Both the position numbers and the translations under genes were made by a program. A DNA stretch of 64,000 nt from assembly GCF_000143415.4 (NCBI RefSeq), contig NW_003314268.1:2248494-2312493 (forward strand), read 5' to 3'. The first letter of the stretch is position 1. Each line of letters begins with the position of its first letter. The notes beneath the pieces were generated by a model. That model was not told the DNA's origin. It saw only the letters and a program-made list of their open reading frames with translations, and did not search any database. This stretch comes from Selaginella moellendorffii. Taxonomy: Eukaryota; Plantae; Lycopodiophyta. Positions 22,186-33,397 of this stretch are shown here, one piece after another.

Positions 22186-22899
22186 ATGCTTGGAATAGTT
22201 CTTCACGCGAATGCTCTGCCGGGCGGACGAATCATCGCCAATTCTCGTCGATTTCCAGTCGCCACGGCCTCGCTGGGCCAGCGACTGGAGAGATTTCCCG
22301 ACGATTCAAGCAGCTCCAGGTCTGCCAAGAGAGAGGATCCAGCGCCATGGCGTAGAACAAACAAAGAGGGCCACGAGAGCGAGTGTGGCTCCATTCTCAT
22401 TTGCGTCTGGAACATCCCTCTCACTGTGAAGCGCCGCGAGTTTAACTTCCTCATGGCGCGCCTCCCGGGCGTGGAGCGCTGGGACTTCGTCTCGAGGGGG
22501 CCATCCCAGCAATCGGTGGGCTACGCTTACTGCGAGTGTCCCACCATGGAGGACGCCGAAGAGACGATGTGGCTCGTCCGGAGCTTCCGCGTCGCCAACA
22601 CCAAGCTCCGAGCCAACCTCTTCGATCCCAGCCGGGTCGACTGGTCCTTCTCGCCTGGAAAAATCCGAGCTTCTCGCCAGCGGCGCGAGAACCAAGAGAA
22701 CTCGGAGGTGCTCGAGCAGCCTGATCCTGGGAAGCTACAGAGAACATCACCTGGGAAGAAAAATGTCGTGAGGAGGAAGAAGCCGCCACCTCCTACGAGA
22801 GCTTTTACTCGTGAGAGGCCACCGAGTAGGAGACTGCTGCTAGGATACGCAAATTCTCGGCCTGTTGTTGTGAATGGTCACGAGGAGACTGGTCAGTGA
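22186..22899 (+). CDS. Divergent single-RRM protein, possibly organelle-targeted
   Basis: RNP2-like ICVWNIP, RNP1-like VGYAYCEC, then DAEE...VANTKLRA; 237-aa single-exon ORF. Confidence 0.6.
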   Translation: MLGIVLHANALPGGRIIANSRRFPVATASLGQRLERFPDDSSSSRSAKREDPAPWRRTNKEGHESECGSILICVWNIPLTVKRREFNFLMARLPGVERWDFVSRGPSQQSVGYAYCECPTMEDAEETMWLVRSFRVANTKLRANLFDPSRVDWSFSPGKIRASRQRRENQENSEVLEQPDPGKLQRTSPGKKNVVRRKKPPPPTRAFTRERPPSRRLLLGYANSRPVVVNGHEETGQ

Positions 22900-22938
22900 A
22901 CAAAATTGGTTCCTAGCAAGCAGCGAAATATAAGTTTG

Positions 22939-24996
22939 CTACTTCCCCAGCCTCACAACGATGCTCTCGCCATCGTTTGCCGTCATGAGAATCTCTAAGT
23001 CGCTGAGGTGAAGCGCGTTAGTGTACTTGCAGGGTATTTGTTTTTCGCTGGCTTCTACCGGCTGCCATTTGGTAAAACCGGGCGAAACATCCACCAAATG
23101 CCTGAAAGCAGAGCTTTTTGAGTGGAAAAGATTTCCAGCTTTGAAGAAAGCTTACACTTTGATATGGTCAATTTCTGGTTTGAGTCCAGTTACGAGTTTG
23201 CGGGAGGCTGCAAGAAGGAAGAATAGATTGTCAGACGAGAGACAAAGAAAAGGAAACTTCTACCTGGGATTTCGGCACCATCGTCAACGAGACCAAGGAT
23301 ACCCTGCGATGAAAATTTGCCAGTTTGTTTTATGCAAGAAGGATGATCGGTTACCTTCAGCTGCTTGTAGGTGGACTCAAGGTCGTCGTTCACTAAGACA
23401 TGATCAAAGAGAAAAGGGTCTTTACCGAGCTCAAGCTCTCGCTTTGCGTTTTGAAGCCGCTTCATTACTTGTTCCTCTGTCTCCGTTCCCCTGGGAAACA
23501 CTCTCAAAGTATGAGCTCACACGAAAACTTAAAAACCATTTTACCTCCCGCGAAGACGCTTTTCCAGCTCTTCAAAAGATGGGGGCAATATGAAGATAAA
23601 TAATGCTTCCATCGAGCTCTGTCGCACAGACTTAGCTCCCTGTACATCAATGTCCAGGATGCATCGCTGCCAGAGAAACTCAGAGTTAAAACAAATCACC
23701 AAAACTAGAGCTTTAAGTAGGAGAAGTCCAACCTTTCCTCCATCAGAGACTGCTTCAACCGCTGAAATGCTAGTGCCATACATGTTCCCGTGCACGTTGG
23801 CGTGCTCCAGAAACATCCCCTCGTTGACAGCAAGCTCCATGCTATCACGGCTTGTGAAATGGTAGTGTACACCATCAAGTTCTTTCTCTCGCGGCTTTCT
23901 TGTTGTGTGACTGACTGAGAATCCAAACTTGTCCGGGAACTCTTGCATTAGCTTCGCTATCAGAGTTCCTTTGCCAACGCCGGACGGACCACAGATGACG
24001 ACAGGCAGTGTGTCGCGTCTGGCTTTACCCCAAGAAATTACTTCCTCCCCAGCTCGTCCGTGTGGTGTACCGATCTGCAAGCAAGCGATAGATCATGAAC
24101 AGGACACTTCTGGTCATTACGTACCTTTAGAAGCCAGTTATCCTTGTCATCGTAAACAAGTAGCCTGTCCTTTTCCAGTGTCAGACACGAGAACCCATCC
24201 CGTGGACAGGGCGGGGTTCCTAAAATCTTTGGAGCAGTCCATCGATTGTTGATGGTGTCCAATAAATAAACGTCAGTCGAAAGCTCGTTGTCACCGAGCA
24301 AAACCTGACACAAACTCACGATAAAGATCAGAGCTACAACTCCAAACTCTTACAATCTTTTCACCGGCAGTTGCAGCTGCTACAACTTCTGATGCCTCCG
24401 CAGAGCGTCCAGATACATTTTTCGTGCACCACTTGCGCTCCACCGTGTCGAACTTGAGTAGCGTGGCACCCTGAAACATTTCCAGCCTGAAGCACATGAA
24501 ATGCAAGCTTCGGAAGCTCTATCAAAATGCAGTAGCATTCTTGCTCACCTTGCCAGAGCTCGAAGTTCTCTCGATCATGTAGATGGAAGATCCAGCTCCT
24601 AGAGAAGACAAAAAAGAAGTCAGCAAATTTACGATGAGACACTTCTCGAAAGAAGAACCTGCAAGTAAAAACTCTTGTTGTCTACTTGTCAACGCTTTCC
24701 TAGCGAGCTCGTTCTCAAAAAGAAAAGGAACTTTGTTCCAGCTTTCTAGATTGCTGTCCAGTTCAAACACTTCCAGATCCTTGTTCTCTTCATTTCTACC
24801 AATGGCATACACCTAAAAAAGGCAAAAAGAGAAAGAATGACAAAATCAGAGAAGAAAATATCAAGCGCATCGAAATTTGGAGCCTAAACTTCACCATAGA
24901 GATCCTCGCGGAGTTGTCTGTGATGCCAACCAGGCCGTGGCGGAATCGCAATGGAAGAGGCCCACTCTCGGCGACTCTGTGCCAATTGTACCTCAT
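22939..24996 (-). CDS. Guanylate kinase with N-terminal kelch-like repeats
   Basis: [13 protein letters not shown]-loop, [46 protein letters not shown]. Upstream exons show kelch-like W...GP.P.R.RH and [26 protein letters not shown]. Ends approximate. Confidence 0.9.
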
Positions 24997-25469
24997 CGCG
25001 GAAAAGCTCCAAGGGTCACAGACCTCGAAACCCGAAACCCTGGCAGGGATCACGAGGCGAGATCGCCAATCGCCCGGATCGATCGCGCGGCCCGGCAAGA
25101 TCGAAGGAGGACAATGCGCGGGAGCTGGATCCAACGCAGGCGATCGAGCGCCGCGTCGGTGGCCCGCAAATCGAATCACACCCTATTCTACCACTCACGC
25201 CGCGTACTGCGCCTCCTTTCCCACACAGTTTCCTCCATTCAACGAAACACGAGGAATATACTTGTTAGGCGAAAGTAACATTCCAAGCATATTCGGTGGG
25301 CAAATGCCCCAACTGGGCATTTGAAAATCCATCGCTGGATGATCTTGCGCGGCGGCATGGGCGACGCGATGGATCAATCGATGGATCGATCGCCTCCTCC
25401 TCTTGGCGAGATCCACTTCTCTTTCTTGCAGGTACTGCTGGAATTAGGGTTCTCCAATTCACTCGGAGG

Positions 25470-26677
25470 ATGGGCATATTGGTCCTTCCGGCGTGTCACA
25501 GCTTCTACGCCAGGGTTCCCGATGCGCTGCTGGACGAATGCAATCCTTCGCCCAGCTGCTCGGGCAGGGCGCCAATCTCCCGTGGCGCTGGATTGAGGAA
25601 CGCATTCAGCCGGAGAGGGAGGAGGACGAGAAGACTAGGTTTTGTGCTGCATTGCAGCGGCTTTTCACCAGATTCGCCGAGCAATGGCGATGGCGATGGC
25701 GATGGCGAGGAGGAGGAACAAGAATCCAAGGCGGATGAGAACGCTCCCGGGTTCTGGGAGAGCGAGGAGAACAAGAAGAAGCTGGATGAAATCCAGCAAA
25801 TGCAAGAGCTCGTGGCGGAGGCCGAGAGGCTGGAAAAGGAATTGGAGGGCGACACGAAAGAGAGAGCTGCAAAGTTCCAAGAGGAGCTCGCTCGTGTAAG
25901 TCATTCTCAGATTTTATTTGTAAGGATGTTTGATTTTTCTATGGTTCTTCTCCAGAGAGCTAAAGAACAGGCCCAGCAGCGAAAGCAAGCTGCGGTGATG
26001 TTTGATCTTGGACAACGAGCTTATGGCAAAGGAAGCTATGGCAAAGCAGTGGAATTTCTGGAAGCTGCATTGACAAACGTTCCCAAGGCATCCAACCTTG
26101 GAGGCGAGGTAAATCTCCTTTGGCTTTGTTTCTTCAAGCTAAACTTTCTTCCGCGAACTTTGGAAGCTTGTTCTTGCGTGAACTTTCGTGAACTTTGGAA
26201 CTAACTTTCGGGAACTCTTTTAAGACAGATCCAAATCTGGCTGGCAATGGCATACGAGGCTCACAATCGTCATGACGACTGCATTAGCCTCTACAAGCGG
26301 CTCGAGAGCTCTCATCCCAACAAGGCGATCCGGAGACAAGCTGCTGATCTCCGCTACATTCTCGAAGCACCCAAGCTCAAAATCTCCAGCAATGAGCGAG
26401 TGACAATCCCCCTGATTGATGCGTACTCTCAAAGGTTTGGCCACTCTTTCTTCCTCGTTACTGATGAATGATCCTTGGCAGCTCGCAAAAAACTTGGAGC
26501 CAGATGGCCCGAGAGCGTAAGCAGCGCCTGGCGAGCAGCAGCGGCAAAAAGTCCCAAAAAAAATCGGAGGATTGGATCGAGTGGAATCCTCCGAAATGGG
26601 AGAAGAGCCCATACTTCTGGGTGGCTGTCACAGTGTGGTTGACACTGGCGGGGATTTCACTCATGTTCCAAGATTAA
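25470..26677 (+). CDS. Plastid-targeted TPR-like protein with C-terminal transmembrane helix
   Basis: Transit-like N-terminus, acidic coiled coil, MFDLGQRAYGKG.YGKAVEFLE...GGE|IQIWLAMAYEA...IRRQAADLRYILEAPKL, terminal hydrophobic helix. Confidence 0.82.
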
Positions 26678-26825
26678 GTTTTCTCGTTGTAGCTTAAGTC
26701 CTGTCAAAAAAATTATCTTTCAAGCTTAAGAAGAGGAATGATCGAAGAAAAACAGCTATTAGCAAAAAGTTACCACACAAAATTCAAAATACAAAGCCTC
26801 TTTTGTTGTTTGGATCGTTTTCTTC

Positions 26826-27496
26826 TCACTCTGCTTCCGCCTGCTCGGGCGCACCTCCGTTTTCATCCGCAGCCGCGGCCGCCATGATCTCGTCGAACTG
26901 TGCAGACTTTGTGAGAACGATTTCCATCTGTGACAAAATCGCAGAGAGAAGAGAGAAAAGAAGAAGTTTTAGCCTGAGAAACAAGCACAAAATTCCATAC
27001 CTTCGCTTTCTGGACTGATCGTCCCCGAGTTTCATCGCCTATGTCGATGGTGGAGGTCGATATTCCTGAAAGAGCGTCGTTTGAATAACACACCGAGGAG
27101 GAAGTAAGGAAAAGGTTAAAGAGGAATTTACTCTTCTCCACGGCGAGACCATTGTTCTTGAGAATTTCCACCACGGTGACCACTGTAGCGATTGCTGCAA
27201 ACACAAGGAAACAAAACGATTTAGAATCAAGAAAAAAAAGAGGGTACGAGAGAACATACCCATTCCCAGGGCCGAGAGCTCAACCTCATTGTATTGCTGC
27301 ATAAATCTCTGCCAGGAACAAGAATTTCCCATCGCATTGGAGCGCTAAATCGCGAGGAAGCGAGACAAAGAGCGAGAAATCTGTGTACCTTTGCGAGATT
27401 GACATAGAAGAAGAGCGGCTTCTTGGTATTGGACACCTGAATCCGGTTCTTCTTCGCGGATTCCACGCCATTGGCGTCAATCGCGACTTGCGCCAT
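26826..27496 (-). CDS. Alba-domain nucleic-acid-binding protein (short, Rpp20-like group)
   Basis: KKNRIQVSNTKKPLFFYVNLAKR...VELSALGMAIATVVTVVEILKNNGLA...VQKAKMEIVL. Confidence 0.93.
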
Positions 27497-27632
27497 GCCT
27501 GGAGGATCACTTGCTACCTGCGAGGCCGAGCATTGATCCCAGAGGGAAACGAAACGAGCGCCATTGCGGTCGCGAAGAGATGGACTCACCGGCAAATCTC
27601 CCAAATTTTAGGGCAACAATCCCAAAACTTTT

Positions 27633-29406
27633 TTATTTTACAGGAAGAACAGCTAAAGCGTGTTTTCTTGCTTCTCTCTCGGCCACCATACTTGCGTGTG
27701 TTTCTCGTTCTTTGGCTCCCTTCGTGCCACTCTCGTAGTTCACCCACATCTTTGCCACTTTCTTCCTGGAAAAAAAATGAGAACAAAATGTGAGTACCAA
27801 GAATTTTATTTTCTAGTGATCTTACTTGACAGGAACCCGAGGTTCCACGAGTCCTCGCCGCTGCAAGCTCTTGTATCTCTCTCGAAGCAAAGAGTAGCAT
27901 CCCTGGCGTCGATAGAAAATTTAGTCCCACTACAGTTTGCAACAATTACCTTTAGTTTTCGCAATGATCCAGTGACTTCCTCGGAAAGCAGGACTTTCAC
28001 GGAGTCTGGCTTGAACCTGTCAAAGAGATTTTAGCGAGTGCTACTGCTGGAGAAGAAAGCTTTCATTCAAGGGACTTACTTGTGCTTTCCCAGTCGCGGT
28101 GGACAATTGGCTTGCCGTTCCTTCTTTGAAACCATGCGTCGAGTCCATATCTTTTTTTTCTCTTCATCCTCGACTTGGATGGCTTCCTTGATTTCTGGAA
28201 GTCTGAGAACAAGAACAAACTTAAAAAGACAGATCTAAACTTGCATTTTAAAAACCTGTTTATCTCCTCCATTAACTTGGCCTGCTCCTTTCTCATGGCT
28301 TCCTGCTTCAGCATCTCTTTCTTCCTTGCTTTCTTGTTAAGATCAGTCCTCGTGAGTTTCTTGACTTTGATCGCCCTGAAAAATATCAATGTTTGAGCAA
28401 GAAAAATCTGTATTTTCTCAACCTGGAAACAGCATCTTCATCCTCTTGAATAGTGTCTCCATCGTTATCGTCCTGATCAGCTTCAATGAAATACATGTCC
28501 TCTTCATCGATTACGCTGCCAGGGACTTGCAAAGGTATTGGTTCGGGTTCCAATTCTTTCTTATAGACTTGTTGCATTTCTTGAGCAACAGCTGCACCTA
28601 ATGCTTCCTAATACACAAAACCGAACTTAAAAAATAAAAATAAAAAATTAAGGAAGAGTGATATCAACCTGATGATCCTCATAGGTAGGATTGAAAGAAC
28701 ATCCGGGCGCATCGATCTCCACTGCTGGAGTATTTGGTAAAGCTGTGTTTCCGAAACGAGCCAAATGCTGCGATGTATACACACAAGACTAAGTAAAAGC
28801 TTCACATTGTTATGAAAGAGCTACACACCTTCGCCCATTTGGATTTGATAGCTTCATCCTCTGCCATATCAATCAAGACGTCAAAACAAGCTAACAAAGA
28901 GAAACCAAGTTACCTTCCCAGAGATCAAAGGGACCATTTTGTTTTGCTGCATCTTTTCCTGCCTAAGAGTAAACTTCATTCTATCAAGTGTTTACTGTAG
29001 GAAAAAGAACTGACTTCGCTACGAGGAACCTTGTTGCGTTTTTGAGGACGCTTTGCTAAATCCCTATCTTTGAGCTTGCGCTTGTTCGATGCTGGAAGCG
29101 CTGGCACCAGCGAGCTTCTCTGGAGCACGCTGTCACAGTGCAAAACTTTGCCCCTGTGCCGATCGATCTTCCTTCGCACGCTCTCATCTACACAAGGCTT
29201 CGAGAAGCAAAATGCGGCATAATCCCCGAGCTATTACCTCCCGATTTGTCGACAAAGAAGAGAGAATCGTTGGAAACAGAGCCGAGAAGAGCGCCGCCGC
29301 TACGCTCCTCGCGCCCAGACCGCTCAACAAGCTCTTCTAGATCGTTCGTGGGGATGTTACGCCGCCACGCCTTCTTCCCCTTCCTCGACGTCTTTGCCTT
29401 GCCCAT
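27633..29406 (-). CDS. NOP53: Ribosome biogenesis protein NOP53/GLTSCR2
   Basis: MGKAKTSRKGKKAWRRNI, LFFVDK motif, PPRLGKHKF, VLLSEEVTGSLRKLK, RYKSLQRRGLVEPR. Confidence 0.9.
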
Positions 29407-29729
29407 TCTTCCGCACAACCCTAAACCCTAGAGAAACGAATATCCTTACAGTCATCTCAATTACTTTTAAGTCCTTGGCATTGACACAGTTAATAATGGT
29501 TTTAGTGTTTGTTCTATGTGGCTATCACATGTCCCTCATGACCCCTTGATCCCGGCTCGATTCCCAGCAAGCAAAACCAGAATTTGAGGAATTCCTAGAC
29601 CTTTTTTAAATTCGTAGCTTTGTGGGCCGCAGGATTTAACCAATGACAGCCGTCGGATGGTAAATGGTAAAAGGTTTTTTGTTTTAAATGGGTATAAAAG
29701 GAGCGATAAAGCTTGGGTTAGGGTTTCTG

Positions 29730-32700
29730 ATGAGCGATCGCCCCAGCAAGAAACAGAGGAGGGCGCCGTCGTCGTCACAAGAAATCGCGGCGCCGATCGC
29801 AGCGGCGCCAGTCGATGATGATGTCGAGTACATCGAGGCGGAGGAGGGTAATTCCGGTGTTTTCATCGGTGTTGCGTCTCTAATTCCTGCTCTTGTTCGC
29901 AGAAGAGCCAGAAGAGAACACGAAACAAAAGGATTTCAGCGCGCTCGAGCTGAAATCGGACCATGACAGGCGGCCGATCCTTGTCGGCTGCGATGGTCGA
30001 ATTTTTCTCGAGACTTTCTCCCCGCTCTACAAGCAAGCTTACGATTTTCTCATTGCGGTTGCGGAGCCAGTGTGCAGGTGAATTGTTTTTCTTTTCATCC
30101 TTTGTCAGCCTGCGCGAGTGAGCGAACGAACTTTTTCTTTGTGATTTCTTTAGGCCAGAGCATATGCACGAGTACAGCCTCACTCCACATTCTCTCTACG
30201 CTGCCGTATCGTTTGGTTTGGAAACGTCCGCCGTGATCACCGTGCTCGAGCGCCTGTCCAAGGCCAAGTTGCCATCGACAGTGTTGGATTTCATCCGGAA
30301 AGCAACTCTCAATTGTGGCAAAGCCAAGCTCGTTCTTCAAAAAAATCGCTACTTTATTGAGTCGCCGAATGACGAGGTACATGCTTAACGTTCAGCCTTC
30401 AGGCACTCTCATCTTTTTCGTAAACGGCTGCTGCTACAGATATTTAAGAAATTCTTGAACGACCCTGTTATCGCCCGAGCGAGGATATTCAACACGACTC
30501 AGGTGAGCTAGATTCTTGGCCTGTATCAGAATGGCTCAGGAAATTCAAAGTCGCAGATATCTGTTTCTGCCGAGAGCCTACCGACAGACTTGGAGTCTCT
30601 GACGGGTGAAGTAGCGGAGGAGCGAAAAGTTCACTCTTTTGAAATCGATCCAGATCAGGTGAGGTTGTTTCTGCTCATGACAAAATCTCACGATGTGCCG
30701 TCCATTTGCAGGTGGAGCTTGTAAAACAGCGCTGCCTGTCACCTGATTTAAGTTATCCATTGCTTGAAGAATACGACTTTAGAAATGATACGGTACTCAA
30801 AACTTCATTCTCCTTTTGCATTTGATGCTAACTTTTGCGCTTCCAGGTAAATCCTGAGTTGAGTATCGAGCTCAAACCTCAGGCTCAACCTCGGCCGTAT
30901 CAAGAAAAGAGCCTGAGCAAGATGTTTGGAAATGGTGCACAGAAGTTTTGAAATTCTTTTTTGCCCGGTATTGATCTGTCTTTTGTAGGTCGTGCGAGGT
31001 CGGGAATAATTGTTCTTCCTTGTGGAGCTGGTAAATCACTCGTTGGAGTATCTGCAGCATGCCGCATTCGGAGAAGCTGTCTCTGCTTGGCCACTAACGC
31101 CGTGTCCGTGGATCAATGGGCGTTTCAGTTCAAGCTCTGGTCGACCATTCGTGACGATCAGATTTGCAGATTCACATCAGACAGCAAAGACAAATTCAAA
31201 GGAAACGCATGCGTTATTGTTACCACTTACAATATGGTCGCTTTCAAGGGAAAGAGATCGGAAGAGTCTGAGAAAGTGATTGAGCTCATAAGAAGCCGTG
31301 AATGGGGCTTGCTTCTTATGGACGAGGTAGAGTTGAAATCCATCTTTTGCAAGGATTGCTAATATTTCGTATAGGTGCATGTCGTGCCAGCTCATATGTT
31401 TCGAAAAGTGATTAGCATCACCAAGTCGCACTGCAAGCTTGGACTAACTGGTTTGCGCATAGCTTATCTTACTGTGAATCTCACCTGAGTGTTTTTCTTT
31501 CAGCCACTCTTGTGAGAGAGGACGAGCGTATTACTGATTTGAACTTTCTGATTGGTCCAAAACTTTACGAAGCAAACTGGCTAGACCTCGTGAAAAATGG
31601 CTACATTGCCAACGTTCAGTGCGCGGAGGTCTGGTGTCCCATGACGAAAGAGTTTTATGCAGAGTATCTGAAGAAGGAAAACAAGAAACAGCAGGTAAGA
31701 CGCTTCAGTTTTTTGTATGTTTTTAAAATTGTAGCTGTGTAACTGGCAGGCCTTATACGTCATGAACCCAAACAAGTTTCGAGCTTGCGAGTTTCTTGTT
31801 CGCTTTCATGAGCAGCAGCGCGGTGACAAGATTATAGTTTTCTCTGATAATCTTTTTGCACTGCGAGAGTATGCTACTAAACTGAAGAAGCCTTTCATAT
31901 ACGGTCCTACGAGGTACTATATCAAACATTTTCCAAGCCTGAGTTTGTGGTGTTCCTTTCCAGTCATCAAGAGCGGACAAAGATTCTATACGCCTTTAAG
32001 CACAGTCTTGATGTGAACACCGTATTTCTGTCAAAGGTTTTTATTTAAATGATCGATTTGCATGGCCGGTTTATTACATTTTTTTGACAGGTTGGAGACA
32101 ATTCAATCGACATACCAGAGGCAAATGTGATCATCCAAATATCATCACATGCTGGTTCTAGACGGCAGGAAGCACAGCGGCTGGGGCGAATTTTAAGAGC
32201 AAAGGTTTTCCTTCTATTTCTTTTTTGCTTTACTTTTCAACGTCATGTTATGGTCAGGGAAAACCATGTGACCGAGTAAGAGGTGGCTCGGAAGAGTACA
32301 ATGCTTTCTTTTACTCCTTGGTCTCGACAGATACACAGGTGAGACTTAGCTTTTCCTGACAGCATGCAACTGAGCTCTTGGCATTGCAGGAGATGTATTA
32401 TTCATCTAAGAGGCAGCAGTTTCTCATCGACCAGGGATATAGTTTCAAGGTTAGAAGATCCACCTTACATTGTACTCTTGGTTCATCATGGTTAGGATAT
32501 GCAGGTGCTTACAAATTTGCCACCATCTGATAGTGGCACAGATTTGAGCTACAGTAACCTACAAGATCAAATGGATCTATTGTTAAAGGTATGGTTTCAG
32601 GTGGACAAACGTAGAAACTGATTGAATGCAACAGGTTTTAAATGCGGGAGAAGATGCCGCTGGTGTCGAGAAACTGGAACACGATGCAGATGATATTGCC

Positions 32701-32900
32701 AACTTGAAAATTCGTCGCACAGCTGGGTCCATGAGCGCGATGTCTGGTGCCAAAGGTAGATTGTATACAGAATTCAGGTAAGCCGAATCAAATAGCCTGT
32801 GTTTTATTTCATTGGTGGTGGTGGTGGTGCTAATAGTGGACGAGGCAAACCGCGCGACCCTAACAAGCGACATAATCTGTTCAAAACCAGATACAAATAG
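29730..32900 (+). CDS. XPB: TFIIH 3'-5' helicase XPB
   Basis: [93 protein letters not shown]; many short introns. Confidence 0.97.
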
Positions 32901-33180
32901 GAGGGAAACGATTCAGCTCATCGCACACCTCGTCCATGCACACGCCAGAGCAAGTTCGTGTCGCCTTTTTTCGTGTCTGGGAGGTGACGAATCTGGAAAC
33001 AAAACCGTGCTTGTCAGATCCAGCCTGCAGTCTGCTTTGTATTGTTAGGAGCAAGTCATTTGGATCTCAAGCAGTAAGTCTATTGTGCTGTCCAGAGTTT
33101 CCTGGTTGGCTCGAAAGAGATTCTAGCATCTAAAATAGGATCTTTATATACTGAATTGCGAGTTTAGTTAATGCATTTTA

Positions 33181-33378
33181 TGTTAAATAAGAGGTCAAGT
33201 GAATGTAGTACATGTTAAAGTTTTTTCAGAAACATGCTTTTAAATAATGTAATGGGATTTTGGTAGCCATTGGATTAGTTTTAATTTAAACTTTTTGCTC
33301 CTATATATAAGTTAGTGTTTTTGGGCTAATTGATATACATATTTCATATATTTTCTTTCTATATTCCATGCACTCATA
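33181..33378 (+). repeat. 5' LTR
   Basis: Shares ggattttggta.ccattggatt and ggctaattgatat...atattccatgcactca with 37943-38118; start approximate. Confidence 0.75.
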
Positions 33379-33379
33379 T

Positions 33380-33397
33380 TGGTGGAGATGAAGGGTA
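33380..33397 (+). other. Primer-binding site complementary to the tRNA-Ala 3' end
   Basis: TGGTGGAGATG immediately after the 5' LTR; plant tRNA-Ala ends ...CATCTCCACCA. Confidence 0.7.

Noticed and set aside
29439-29449. ATATCCTT resembling a U12 intron donor
   Set aside because: Intergenic, with no matching gene context; no U12-type intron was identified in the window.
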